This document shows, piece after piece, positions 9,934 to 20,241 of a stretch of 64,000 bases of DNA (positions within the stretch are counted from its first letter, which is position 1; each line of letters starts with the position of its first letter). Made by a program: the position numbers and the translations under genes. This stretch comes from an uncultured delta proteobacterium. Its GTDB lineage: Bacteria > Desulfobacterota > Desulfobacteria > Desulfobacterales > JAFDCJ01. The stretch is taken from positions 64,001-128,000 of the forward strand of contig CAVYNY010000019.1 of NCBI GenBank assembly GCA_963769935.1. The letters are read 5' to 3'. The notes under the pieces were generated by a model. The model ran no database searches. It was not told the DNA's origin and was given only the letters and a program-made list of their open reading frames with translations.

Positions 9934-10205
9934 GGTTAAACTCCGATTCACGTAGTTTGAAGAGCGCTTCGCTTGAGGAGCGGCCTGCGGCCTTAAGGAG
10001 CAGCCCTGCGGGCTTTGAGGCAATAAAGGTCTGATCGGTTCCGCGAATTTGAAGTAGCTACCCAACCTCCCTGCTTCTTCCTCAGACTCTTGCGTTACTC
10101 CTTTTTCCAATTTCCGAATTTCGGCTTCAAACCTCCAATTCTGTCTTCATTCCTCTGTCATCTGCCTTCTGCCCTTTGCTCTCTGCTCCTTGCCCTCTGC
10201 GGTTA

Positions 10206-10904
10206 TCACTGCTCCACACGCATTGCCTCCACCGGCTGCATTCTGGCCGCAACCAGGGCCGGATAAAAAACACCCACTAGACTGAGCAGACAGCCCACTC
10301 CGGTTGCGACGGCAATTGAAACGATGACATTGTTCCAGGAAATCGCGGATAGGGCTACACTGCCAAAGCGCAGCCATCCGTTCAAGAGGGAAAAGACGCC
10401 GCCGAGAATGGCGCCGGCACCGGCACCGACCAGCCCCTGCATTCCGGCTTCCAGAAAAAAGAGGCGCAGGATGAAGCGGTCCAGTGCTCCCAGGCACTTC
10501 ATCGTGCCGATTTCTCGAAAACGTTCGGTCACCGCCATCAGCTGGGCATTTACGATGCCCACGACGCAGACCAGCAGGGAGAGAATGACAAGCCATCTTT
10601 GTTTGGGACTGCTGCCCACCGATGTATCACCGGGAGCAAGATCGTAGCCGGATGTAATCAGCATGCGAAGCAGTTCAGGATCATGCTTTTTCAGCATGCC
10701 GTTGGCAACATCGTCGCTGACACCCACAAAGCTCAAAAAGGAGACGGCCAGCACAAGACTCAGGGTAGTGATCAGGGAGCGGAAAAAGCGAACTTTAATG
10801 CTTTTCCAAGCAATTTCGACCGATTTTAGAAAAGGAAGTTTGACCAGGCGTTGCACTCGCTCCAGTTCTTTTTCCGAAACTGCTGGAATGGGTTTTTCGG
10901 CCAT
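10206..10904 (-). CDS. Small FtsX-like ABC permease
   Basis: RFFRSLITT, AVTERFREIGTMKCLGA, YPALVAARMQPVEAMR; four TM segments. Confidence 0.9.
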   Translation of the reverse strand: MAEKPIPAVSEKELERVQRLVKLPFLKSVEIAWKSIKVRFFRSLITTLSLVLAVSFLSFVGVSDDVANGMLKKHDPELLRMLITSGYDLAPGDTSVGSSPKQRWLVILSLLVCVVGIVNAQLMAVTERFREIGTMKCLGALDRFILRLFFLEAGMQGLVGAGAGAILGGVFSLLNGWLRFGSVALSAISWNNVIVSIAVATGVGCLLSLVGVFYPALVAARMQPVEAMRVEQ

Positions 10905-11168
10905 GATCAAAACCTCGCCTTCATTGTCCGGCTATCCGTCAAAAAAATAGGGGAGCAGGTCCCACCTGGGCAATGAAAAAGAAGGGGTGATAAAATGAGA
11001 AATTTCTCGCTCCGGCAGCAGTGGCTTGATTTGAACCCGCCGGGATTTTTATCAATCAGGAATTGACGATTTGCATCAATCTGTCCGCAACGCGCAGCCG
11101 AAAGGCTGACAATGGGTTCAATTACCATAATTGCGTGCCGGTGTAAATGAGAATGGTTCCTGACAGGG

Positions 11169-11813
11169 TTATTTTTTCCGGATCAGATAGACGCCGTCCC
11201 GAACGCTCAACATCACCTTTTCCACCCGCATTTCCTGTCTGACCTTTTCATTAAAAGCAGCTATGGCCCGGGCATTTTCGTTGCTTATTTTATTTTTAAA
11301 TATCTTGTGGCGCCAGAAAACGTTGTCTACAAAAATGAGCCCGCCCGGATTTAAGATTCGCAGGGCCTCATCAAAATAGTCGCCGTAGGACGGCTTATCC
11401 GCATCGATGAAGACAAGCTCTGCACAGCTGTCCGGCATCTGCCGAAGGGTATTTAAAGCGGGCCCCAATTTCAGCCGGATCTTATCGGCATGAGGACTTT
11501 TTTTGAAAAAGCGCTGCGCCATATCGGCATACGCTTTGTTGTTTTCGCAGGTTGTCAGGATACCATCTTCCGGCAGGGCCTCTGCTATGACCAGCGCCGA
11601 ATAACCGGTAAAGGTTCCGACCTCCACCGCCCGTTTGGTGCTGGAAATTTTAATAAGCAGTTGCAGTATCTTACCTTCAACTTTACCGATGCTCCAGAAA
11701 GCGCGGCCGGTCATTTTTTCGGTTTCCGTCATGAGCTCCTGAAGCAGCGGCGGTAAATCGTCCGTATGGGCATCCACATAGTTTTCTATGACTTTTGCCA
11801 TGTCAGCAAGCAT
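11169..11813 (-). CDS. Class I SAM-dependent O-methyltransferase (CCoAOMT/YrrM-like)
   Basis: VEVGTFTGYS, FIDADK, VDNVFW, RDGVYL. Confidence 0.9.
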   Translation of the reverse strand: MLADMAKVIENYVDAHTDDLPPLLQELMTETEKMTGRAFWSIGKVEGKILQLLIKISSTKRAVEVGTFTGYSALVIAEALPEDGILTTCENNKAYADMAQRFFKKSPHADKIRLKLGPALNTLRQMPDSCAELVFIDADKPSYGDYFDEALRILNPGGLIFVDNVFWRHKIFKNKISNENARAIAAFNEKVRQEMRVEKVMLSVRDGVYLIRKK

Positions 11814-12115
11814 GTCCGGTTCCTGGGTAACTGATCCTGGCCCAGAGGATCATGTTTTCAACGATAGAACTAATTAGGGCAGTACTACTGAATGTAGACA
11901 ACTGCAGGTTTGGTGTCAAGCGTCAAAAAAAAATCCATAAGAAGGCCTGTTCCGGGCGGGAGGTTTTATCCCATAAGAAATAGGTTCAGTGCGGGCCAAA
12001 ATAAATCCTCCTGAGGTGGATAAACCTCCCGCCTACCTACCAGGTCAGCCAATAGATCTCAGGGAAGGGTTTTACATCGGCCCGGACGGGGCGCAACCCG
12101 TGAAAACCGCTCAAT

Positions 12116-13603
12116 TTAGGAATGAAAGCGTCGCTTTAAGTGCTGGAGCCTGCCCAGAAAATATGCCCGGAAATGTAACCTGAGCAACCGTCCTTTGGAT
12201 CCTGACGTGGATTTGAATACGACGTCTTCGATCACCCGGTCGTCGGCCTGACCATTGGCAACCAACCAGATAATATTGTGCAGCACTTGTTTTTTTGAAA
12301 AGGGAAGCAGCTTCGGCACAAAGGCCCAGTTGCGCGCCATTCTTTTTTCCAAGCTGTCGACGCCGGCCTCATTTTCATCTATGTGCCCATCTGCCAACGC
12401 CTTGAGCGTCAGAGGATAATCCGGAAAATATTGCAGCGAGTACAGGTTGAAACGTCGGGGTTGCGGCAACTGTAATAAAAGCCGAATCGTTTCCTTTAAA
12501 GATTCCTCCGAATCATAAGGGTTATCGAGAATGAGGTCATATCTGACCTTAACGTCATATTTGGATATTTCCCGGGCCAGTTGAAGTATTTCGGTGTTTT
12601 TGCCCGGTCGATCGAACACCCGATTCCGAATGTGATCCGTGCCGGACTCGATGCCGATTTTGACTCGATGTAAACCGCTTTTTACCAGTCTTTCGATCAT
12701 CGACGATTTTATCAGCTGCGGGTTGTACTGAACCTTGAACGGCAATCCGATTTCCGCCGGATAGCGAGTTTCAAATTCTTCCAGCCAGGTCTCATCGGTA
12801 CCAAAATTTTCGTCATGAAACTCGACGATCCGTTTCTGATTGCCTGGAATGGCCAGTATTTCCTGCATCTCAGCGATGATGTTGCCAACCGAACGCCGGC
12901 GGCTGAAACGCCCCAATCCTTTATACATCGGCCGCAAGAGACTGTTTACGCAATAAGAACACGCAAAGGGACATCCCCGCGCCGGCATGACGGCCAAAAT
13001 CGGGTCTGATATGGTCGGATCTTGCCGGGTTACCTCGTTGGAACCGATAAAATAGAAGGAATCTCGGCTATAAGCTGGAAAAGGCAGGCGATCGAGATCC
13101 TGTATCAACGGTCGCATCGGATTCCTGATGACAGCGCCGTTGCTGTTTATCCAGAGGTTTTTAATGCGTCGATAATCGCTGTCATCCCGCAGCGCCGTGA
13201 CCAGCTCGGAGAATGCGTCTTCTCCTTCACCCATGCAAACCATGTCGGCATCTTTGACGCAGGCCGCCGGACTCAGTGTCGGATGAATGCCTCCCCATAT
13301 CACCGACGCCGACGAATTGGCTCGGATAATATTGGTTATCCGTTTGGCAACGTAGAGATAAGGAGAGTAGACACTTATGCCGACGAGTTTCGGATCGATT
13401 TCGGCAATTATTTCTTTTAGCAGCTGTTCTTCTTTTGAAGTTGGATAATGTACCGCATTCGTGTAAAAATCCTGAAAAAAGATCGTGAAGGGCCGAACGC
13501 CGGCTATATTTTCCAGCAGGGCATGCAGGATGCGGACCGGAAAGTTCTGATACCGGTATAAGGCCAGCAAGACGACTGGTATTGGTTGTCGGGAGGTGCT
13601 CAT
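12116..13603 (-). CDS. B12-binding radical SAM protein
   Basis: WGGIHPT, GEGE, RGCPFACSYC (CxxxCxxC), GIESG. Start reassigned to MSTSRQP at 13603 because the upstream extension is a repeat. Confidence 0.9.
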   Translation of the reverse strand: MSTSRQPIPVVLLALYRYQNFPVRILHALLENIAGVRPFTIFFQDFYTNAVHYPTSKEEQLLKEIIAEIDPKLVGISVYSPYLYVAKRITNIIRANSSASVIWGGIHPTLSPAACVKDADMVCMGEGEDAFSELVTALRDDSDYRRIKNLWINSNGAVIRNPMRPLIQDLDRLPFPAYSRDSFYFIGSNEVTRQDPTISDPILAVMPARGCPFACSYCVNSLLRPMYKGLGRFSRRRSVGNIIAEMQEILAIPGNQKRIVEFHDENFGTDETWLEEFETRYPAEIGLPFKVQYNPQLIKSSMIERLVKSGLHRVKIGIESGTDHIRNRVFDRPGKNTEILQLAREISKYDVKVRYDLILDNPYDSEESLKETIRLLLQLPQPRRFNLYSLQYFPDYPLTLKALADGHIDENEAGVDSLEKRMARNWAFVPKLLPFSKKQVLHNIIWLVANGQADDRVIEDVVFKSTSGSKGRLLRLHFRAYFLGRLQHLKRRFHS

Positions 13604-13614
13604 CGTATAATATA

Positions 13615-13683
13615 GTTGGCCCGTTGGCCCGTTGGCCCGTTGGCCCGTTGGCCACCGTTGGCCCGTTGGCCCGTTGGCCCGTT
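13615..13683. repeat. 8-bp tandem repeat (GTTGGCCC) x8
   Basis: Seven perfect units plus one variant (gttggcca+cc), just upstream of the radical SAM start. Confidence 0.95.
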
Positions 13684-13733
13684 TCGGCAAACCGATAAAC
13701 CGGCAAACGGACATACCGGCAAAAATTGCTCAA

Positions 13734-15266
13734 CTATCGGAGACGGATTGGGTTGTCAAGGGAGATTTTCTGTGCGGTCGGTGTTTCGGCCAAGCCAGCT
13801 GCGCTGCGGCCGGCCCCACCTGCCGGATCAACTTCATAGGCTCTGATCGGCCGCGCAAATCCTTTCACGGTGATCATGCCCATCGGCCGGCAGTCAATAT
13901 GATCATTTACCAGGGCCCAGGTGGCATGGCTGATAAGAATTCTTCCCGGCTTGCAGGCCGTCTCCAGCCGGGAGGCCAGGTTGACCTGCATGCCCATGGC
14001 GCTGTACTCGCTTCTCCGGTGGGAGCCGAAACTGCCCACCGTCGCCATGCCGGTATTGATGCCGCATCGTATTTGCAGGGGAACCTCAACGCCCTCGCTG
14101 AACCATTTGTGCTGGAGTTTTCTCATTTTTTGCTGCATCTCGATCGCCATGTGTACGCAGCGCAAAGCGTGATCGCGGTCGTCGGTTCGGTCCGGTGCAC
14201 CGAAAAAAACAAACAGCGCATCTCCGGTAATATTGGCCAGGGTTCCCTCGTAATTTTGAATAATGTCATTCATACCGGAAAAATATTCGTTCAACAATCG
14301 GCCCATATCTTCGGGCTCCATGGCATCCGTGGCCCGGGTGAAATCCTTGATGTCGGAGAAGAACAGAGTCAATTTACGGCGACGGTGATCCCGCAGCGGT
14401 TCGACGTCTCCGGCCAGAATTTTCCCGATCAGCTGGGACGGCACGTATCTTGATAGAAATCTGTGGGCCTTGTCGATAATGCGCTTTTGCGTCTGAAGGT
14501 CCCGGGTCCTTAATTCAATCGTCTTTTCCTGCCTTAACCGGATATTGTTGACTTCTTCTATGCGGCGCTCAAGCTCTTCGATAATATCGCGTGACATCCG
14601 CAGGCGTATCAAATCCATATAACGGGAATAAAAAGCCTTGCTCTTCCAGTTGATATGATACTCACAGAAGGAATCGCCCTCGAATTGACACATCTTCTCT
14701 TCAACGACAGCCGGATTGCCCGTAAGTTTGCCGAGACCTTCATAGACGCCTTTGTTCATATCGCAGAAATGCCGGGAAATATCCGGGTCATCATCCCAGT
14801 GAATTCTGACAACCGCATACCCGCTTTGATTCTTGATGACCTTGATGGAACGATTGCGGTTAAACTTGGCATTTTCTTTGGGAAGGCGGTTGATGATGGT
14901 TTGAACACCGGCCAGCCGCATTAAAAATACCTGGGATCCCACTGCGGTTTTAAATATATTGCGGCCGGCTTTATAAATGGCCTGCGGATCGTTTAAAATC
15001 GCAATGGTGTTCCGGTAGACGCTTTTCAGCAAACCATTGCAAACCCAGTTGTGCGATTGCAGTAAATATTCGCTGGTAACCGGGGCGATTTTGCCGGTGT
15101 CCTCATCGCTGAACAGAAAGCTTTGACTGCCGGTGATGCCGTCGAAAAGTTCCCGGTAGGGCACCTCCGGCAGAACGCCTTTGATGTAATGCTCGCAGGT
15201 GAGGATATTGATGCAGCTGGTATCCTTTCTCATCGGATCGCCTGATATCAACGGAATCGCTTCCAT
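13734..15266 (-). CDS. Class III nucleotide cyclase with N-terminal V4R-like sensor and coiled coil
   Basis: EKMCQFEGDSFCEYHINW (V4R-like), FSDIKDFT, TGDAL, RCGINTG, QVNLASRLE, VKG. Confidence 0.88.
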   Translation of the reverse strand: MEAIPLISGDPMRKDTSCINILTCEHYIKGVLPEVPYRELFDGITGSQSFLFSDEDTGKIAPVTSEYLLQSHNWVCNGLLKSVYRNTIAILNDPQAIYKAGRNIFKTAVGSQVFLMRLAGVQTIINRLPKENAKFNRNRSIKVIKNQSGYAVVRIHWDDDPDISRHFCDMNKGVYEGLGKLTGNPAVVEEKMCQFEGDSFCEYHINWKSKAFYSRYMDLIRLRMSRDIIEELERRIEEVNNIRLRQEKTIELRTRDLQTQKRIIDKAHRFLSRYVPSQLIGKILAGDVEPLRDHRRRKLTLFFSDIKDFTRATDAMEPEDMGRLLNEYFSGMNDIIQNYEGTLANITGDALFVFFGAPDRTDDRDHALRCVHMAIEMQQKMRKLQHKWFSEGVEVPLQIRCGINTGMATVGSFGSHRRSEYSAMGMQVNLASRLETACKPGRILISHATWALVNDHIDCRPMGMITVKGFARPIRAYEVDPAGGAGRSAAGLAETPTAQKISLDNPIRLR

Positions 15267-15730
15267 GGGCGCACTCCAACAGCGTTGACTAAGGGCTCAC
15301 TCAAAAATATCTTCACATTTTAACCACGATGGCAAAAGGACAGGAGACAGAGCAGTTTGCAATATAAAGATCGGCTTGGGAAAGCGTCAAACTAGAAGAT
15401 TTGTAAATAACACGGATTACCGGAATTCCGGTTCAGGGCGCCGAATGAAAACTGATTGAAATTAAGAGAAATACTGTATTTGAATAGAAAAGAGTCAGTA
15501 GGAAATCGCAGAAATGCTCATTTTATTGTAATATTTACCCGTCGATTCAGTAAATTCAAGGCATTGGCCGCACTTGCAGATCTAAAAGCTTATGGTTAAA
15601 AGCTTTCATTTGATAAAGGGTTTGCTCAATTTATTTGCCCAATTGAAACGGTTGCACATCTTCTTTACCCAATCTCTCCCACGGGTACTCATCTTGTCCG
15701 CAAAGCCTGGCCGGATCTGCCTTAAATGAC

Positions 15731-17868
15731 TTATTGCGTTTTTGAACGTTTATCAAGGTATTCGATCCGCTCGAGGATTTGGCGTGCCGCTTTATGATCC
15801 GGATCCAGGCGCAGTACCTCTGATACATGATATCTGGCCCGCTCAAACTCGCCCTGGGAAGCCAGAAGAATACTCAATCGTAAATGAGCATTGATATAAT
15901 TAGGTTTCAGTCGAATTGCTTCCGTATAATGAAGTTCCGCTTCCTTAAATTTCATTTGTTGTAAAAATATGCCGGCCAGGTTGGCGTGGGCCGTGGCTGA
16001 GTCAGGCTCCAGGCGCAGCGCCTCGGAAAACTGATGGGCCGCTTCGTCCAGCCGTTTCTGACGTGCGAGCGCAATTCCGAAGTTGGTGTGCGCGCCGGCA
16101 TAGCCGGGGTTTAGCCGCAGGGCTTCGAGCAAAATGCTGCTCGGCCTCCTCGAATTCACCTCGACTGCGCCAATTCAATCCCTAAATTATTGTGCGCCTC
16201 TGCAAATCCGGGTTCGATCCGCAACGCTTCTCTGTGGTGTTCTATCGCCTCGAGATGCCGGCCTTGTTCGGCCAGAGCAAGTCCTAAGTTAGTATGAGCG
16301 CGCGCATAATTGGGCACCTGTCGCAGTGCTTCAGAATATTGTTGAATCCCTTCCTCGAGCTTGCCCTGACGCACCAGCGCATTGGCGAGATTCAAATGCG
16401 CTAAGGCCGAGTCGGGTTCGAAACGCAAGGCCTCTTTAAAGAGACGGATGGCTTCGACATCCTGTCCCTTTTCGGCCAGAGCAAAACCCAGATTGTTGAG
16501 GGCCAAAAAACTGTTGGGGTTGATTTGCAGAGCGTGTTCAAAAAAAGTTTGGGTATCATGCCAGTACGGGACCTGCCGGGAGCTGCACAGCAGAAAAAAT
16601 CCTAAGACCATTACGCCGCAGATGGCCGCCAGTTTCTTTCTGGGCCATGTCAATCCCCAGGCCAATGCGATCGCCGGCCCGATCATAGCAAAATAAACAT
16701 ACCGGTCTGCAACCGTCGAATTGCGCTGAAATTCAAATGAAATGAACCCTAACACCGGCAGCAGGCCGAGGACAAAAATTCCTGCCGCCGCCGCAAGCCA
16801 CGGCAGTCGTTTCCGCTTTAACCAGAGCCATATGGCAACGATATACGGCACCGATCCGGTTATAAACAGCCAGCCGTGTCCCATTATATACTGCGGAGTT
16901 CGTCCGTAGTCCGGACCCAACCGCAGGGGCAATACCAGCTGGTAAAGATAAAACGCAACGGCATCGCCCGCAATCAGAGGGCGGGCCCATAGAGGCGGCT
17001 TAAAAGCAAGAATCGAACCGGTCTGCACCCAGCGGGTCAGAAGACCCCATGCCAGTGCAATAATGAACCACACCCACAGACCGGATAGATTCTCACGCCA
17101 GGATTGCCGCCAACCCCATGCAGCCAGCAACCAAACCATTACCGGTACAACAACGGCGGTCGGTTTTGCCAAAAGCGCCAGAACATATAGTCCGGTGGCG
17201 AGCCCGTAATGTAACCCGGGATGCGGCTGATTGCCCGGCAGCGTTTTGGCATCGATGGACACCAGATACTGCCAGACGGCCGCCAGCGCTAATAAGCCGA
17301 ACAACACATCCTTTAGGCCGGTAACCCATGCAACGGGTTCAACTTGAAGGGGGTGGATGGCAAACAGCAAGGCACCGCCGCAGGCCGCCCAGGACAACGG
17401 CATTGCGTCGACCTTGTCTGTCGCTTCCGTCTCTATCTGCCTTGTGCGACTCAACAGCAGCAACAAAATACGCCACAGAACCAGCACACTCAGCACGTGC
17501 AGCAAGAGATTAAAGCTGTGAAAAAGCCCCGGATCGGGAACCACTGCGGCAGCGGAATTCGCTTTTAGCAGCTTGGGCGCCCATGCCAGCGCGGCATAAA
17601 TCGTATAGAGGAGCGGCGCATAGAGACGTTCGTAAGGATAGCGCCAGAAGTGCAGCAGGTTGTCAAGGGAGGGTACCTGGAGGTAGGGATTTTTATAAAC
17701 ATTGACACTGTCGTCCCAGGCCAGAAACTGGTGGTGGGATATCGGCCAGAAGACAACCGTTGGTACTAAAATGAGGATTATGATGGGGATCAGCCGCATC
17801 CAGCGGTTGGTGCGATGAATGGGCGGCTGATGATCAGAGTCTGTAATCAGGCACCTTTCAGTCATCAC
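15731..17868 (-). CDS. TMTC-like GT-C membrane protein with C-terminal TPRs (frameshift near 16160)
   Basis: AWDDSVNVYKNP, HPLQVEPVAWV, LAKP, VADRYVY. TPR repeats continue in ORF 15731-16159. Confidence 0.85.
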
Positions 17869-19045
17869 CGATTCCTTGATTGCAATTTTTCTCTACCCAC
17901 CGGCTCAGAAATTTAGCTGCGTTGGCCGCACCATTCAGATCGATCGGCAGATCTTTTAACGCGGGTTTAATTTGAAGCAGTCTATGCATGTGCTTGCTTA
18001 AACGATCGGCGCGCATATCTTCTTCCGTCAATATTCTCATCGGGAAAAAATCCTTTATTTTTTCTACCCGCATCGGTTGCTCCCGCTGACGCGAGTAAGG
18101 ATAAACCAACGCCGGCACCTGGCTAACCAGCAAGTTCATACAGGTATTGTATCCGGCCAGGCTGACCGACAGATCGGCCGCGTTCAGATAATCCGGAAAG
18201 CGCCGGGTAAAACGACGGATGCGGATATCACTCGAGGCGCGGGCGGCTAATTTATTAAATTCTTCATCTTGCATGAAGGGACCGGCAAAAGCTTCAAGCC
18301 GCAGGGACATGCGGTTGCGCAGCAGTTCGCAGGCCGCGATGACACAATCTAAAAGCCGGTATCCGGACCGCCCGCCGCCGGCACTCGCCACAACCAGCTT
18401 CCGGCCTGCGGCCACCGCCAAAGAATGTCGCAGGCTGCGGCCGGCCGCCGGGTCTGTCTGCTGGGTGATATACCCCGTGTAAACCACTGGAATGGCGATG
18501 TCGTTCACCCTTGAAAAGGTCTCGTCGAGTCGCAGCAGACGCTCGTCGGAATGAACCAGCAGGACATCATAGTACCGGTTTAACTTTTGGATGACCCTTT
18601 CTTCGTAGGCGGCCGGATCTTTCTTTTCTACCAGGATATCCCTCAGACTGCAAACGGTTTTGACGGCACCGAAGGTGCCGCTCCGAATATCTGCCAGCAC
18701 GGGCTCCAGTTCAAAACCAAATAGGGTGCGGCCGAAGGGATGCAATTCAACAATGAAAATATCGGGCTGCTTCTCCCTAAACAATTCGGACAGGATATCT
18801 TTGCGTGCCTGCTGAATCTCGGCCACACTTTTTGTGGGGTCGCCGGGAATCAGGGTGGTGAATTTCTCATCCATGTAAAGCACCGGCAGCCTGACAAGCT
18901 GGACATGCCGCGGCAAATCCAGGACCACGTCCTGCCCGCCGGCAACCAGCGTTACAGCATGCCCCGACAGGGCACGCGCGAATTCGAGGCTGCGCACCAA
19001 ATGCCCCATCCCCCAGACGTATTGGCAGTAAATGATGATGTTCAT
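17858..19045 (-). CDS. COG4671/GT28-C-like glycosyltransferase
   Basis: YCQYVWGMGH, SLRDILVEK, SAGGG, SLAGYNT, REQPMR. Confidence 0.88.
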   Translation of the reverse strand: MNIIIYCQYVWGMGHLVRSLEFARALSGHAVTLVAGGQDVVLDLPRHVQLVRLPVLYMDEKFTTLIPGDPTKSVAEIQQARKDILSELFREKQPDIFIVELHPFGRTLFGFELEPVLADIRSGTFGAVKTVCSLRDILVEKKDPAAYEERVIQKLNRYYDVLLVHSDERLLRLDETFSRVNDIAIPVVYTGYITQQTDPAAGRSLRHSLAVAAGRKLVVASAGGGRSGYRLLDCVIAACELLRNRMSLRLEAFAGPFMQDEEFNKLAARASSDIRIRRFTRRFPDYLNAADLSVSLAGYNTCMNLLVSQVPALVYPYSRQREQPMRVEKIKDFFPMRILTEEDMRADRLSKHMHRLLQIKPALKDLPIDLNGAANAAKFLSRWVEKNCNQGIGDD

Positions 19046-19141
19046 AATTAATCCGCCCTGATAAATAGCACATTCAGGGATACAAATTTTTTCTTAATAA
19101 CAAAAGACTTGAGTCAGGCCGAAGCGCCGGCGGCTTAATTA
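19045..19141. mobile_element. 97-bp MITE-like element, copy 1
   Basis: TAATTAATCCGCC...GGCGGCTTAATTA terminal inverted repeats; related to 28556-28652 and 52494. Confidence 0.7.
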
Positions 19142-19279
19142 CTTTATGCTGCGCACATTTTTTAAGATTGGACTATTAATCGAAGTTTACTATCACGGTG
19201 CTTACAAACAACAAGTATATTTTATACATATACAGTGCACCGCGTATTTGACCGAATGCTGTTTCAAAATGGCATTGAT

Positions 19280-20101
19280 TCATGGTGCGTTTAAACAACT
19301 AATTGTAGAACTGGTGTATACCAAATCCTTAAAATGAACCAGTTGAAGCGTGTTATGGGTTTTGAGTACCTTCAAGAGAATATCCAGAAAATCAAATGCG
19401 GCTGAATTCATGCGCTGATGATGAATCATAATTCCGCACCAGCCTTCTGTAATTCCCCGGTGAAGCTCGTTAAACAGGTTATCCCATCCCGCCTGCGGCG
19501 AATCCTCCCTGCGGGTATGCAGATCGACATTGACATCAAAGCTCGGCAAACCCGGCGGGGGCGGCGGCCGGCTGCCGCGGCTGCGGGATACCGCTCGGTA
19601 CTCCAAGTTTTTCAGCGTCGCCAGAGCTTCCTGCCCGCATCGATTCCACGGCGGCGTGAAAACCGGATAGAAACTTTTGCCCATCAGGTCCCACAGGCGC
19701 TGCCGGCCGCATCGAATATCGCGGGCCAGCGCATCCGGGGTGCGCCGTGGGCCGAATTCCTGCTTTTTCCCTGCGAGCTCATGATTTACGTGCCGCCATC
19801 CGTGTTGGTGCCAGCACCAGAGGCGGGCGCCCTTTTTTCCGATGCCTTCGATCGCCTGCCAACGGACCGGAGTCAACCAGGCGGGTACGACGGCCAGACA
19901 GAGCGGCGCACCGTGTAAAGAAAAAACTTCCAGCAGACGTCTAAACCGGCTGCCGGGGGCAGCGATATCGTCGGCCCGGAAAAAGATGAATGCTTCCCCC
20001 GGACCTGATGCCTGTTCACAGGCGGCCTCGATACAACTTGCAGTTCTTGCAACCAGATCTGAAGGAAGACGTTGCCATATGGATGAAACGTATTTTTGCA
20101 T
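19280..20101 (-). CDS. Polysaccharide deacetylase (NodB/CE4-like)
   Basis: FFRADD, HQHGWRHVNH, FTPPWNR, IMIHH. Confidence 0.85.
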   Translation of the reverse strand: MQKYVSSIWQRLPSDLVARTASCIEAACEQASGPGEAFIFFRADDIAAPGSRFRRLLEVFSLHGAPLCLAVVPAWLTPVRWQAIEGIGKKGARLWCWHQHGWRHVNHELAGKKQEFGPRRTPDALARDIRCGRQRLWDLMGKSFYPVFTPPWNRCGQEALATLKNLEYRAVSRSRGSRPPPPPGLPSFDVNVDLHTRREDSPQAGWDNLFNELHRGITEGWCGIMIHHQRMNSAAFDFLDILLKVLKTHNTLQLVHFKDLVYTSSTISCLNAP

Positions 20102-20241
20102 AAAATTAGGTCCAGGGTTCTGGGTTCAAAAGGTTCTGGGCCCAGGGACTTAAAATTTAAGATTGAATATTATGGAATCCTGTCGTTTTTGGCTTCTTTT
20201 AAAATTCGGCAATTTAAACAAAATTAAAAAGACGGAACTCC

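Noticed and set aside
9934..10110. N-terminal extension of the ABC ATPase in the ORF track
   Set aside because: Translates repeat-rich intergenic DNA; the ATPase domain begins at the ATG at 9933.
10907..11128. 73-aa ORF upstream of the small permease
   Set aside because: No motif or RBS support; probably promoter region.
11954..12033. Inverted repeat ggcgggaggttttatc / gataaacctcccgcc as an ncRNA
   Set aside because: Single imperfect IR with no recognisable RNA family; probably another small REP-like element.
13615..13683. Possible CRISPR array (also considered 8828-8945 and 48878-49011)
   Set aside because: Short-period tandem units without unique spacers, or only two copies; no cas genes.
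13604..13714. N-terminal extension of the radical SAM protein (RANGPTGQ repeats)
   Set aside because: Artefact of reading through the octamer array.
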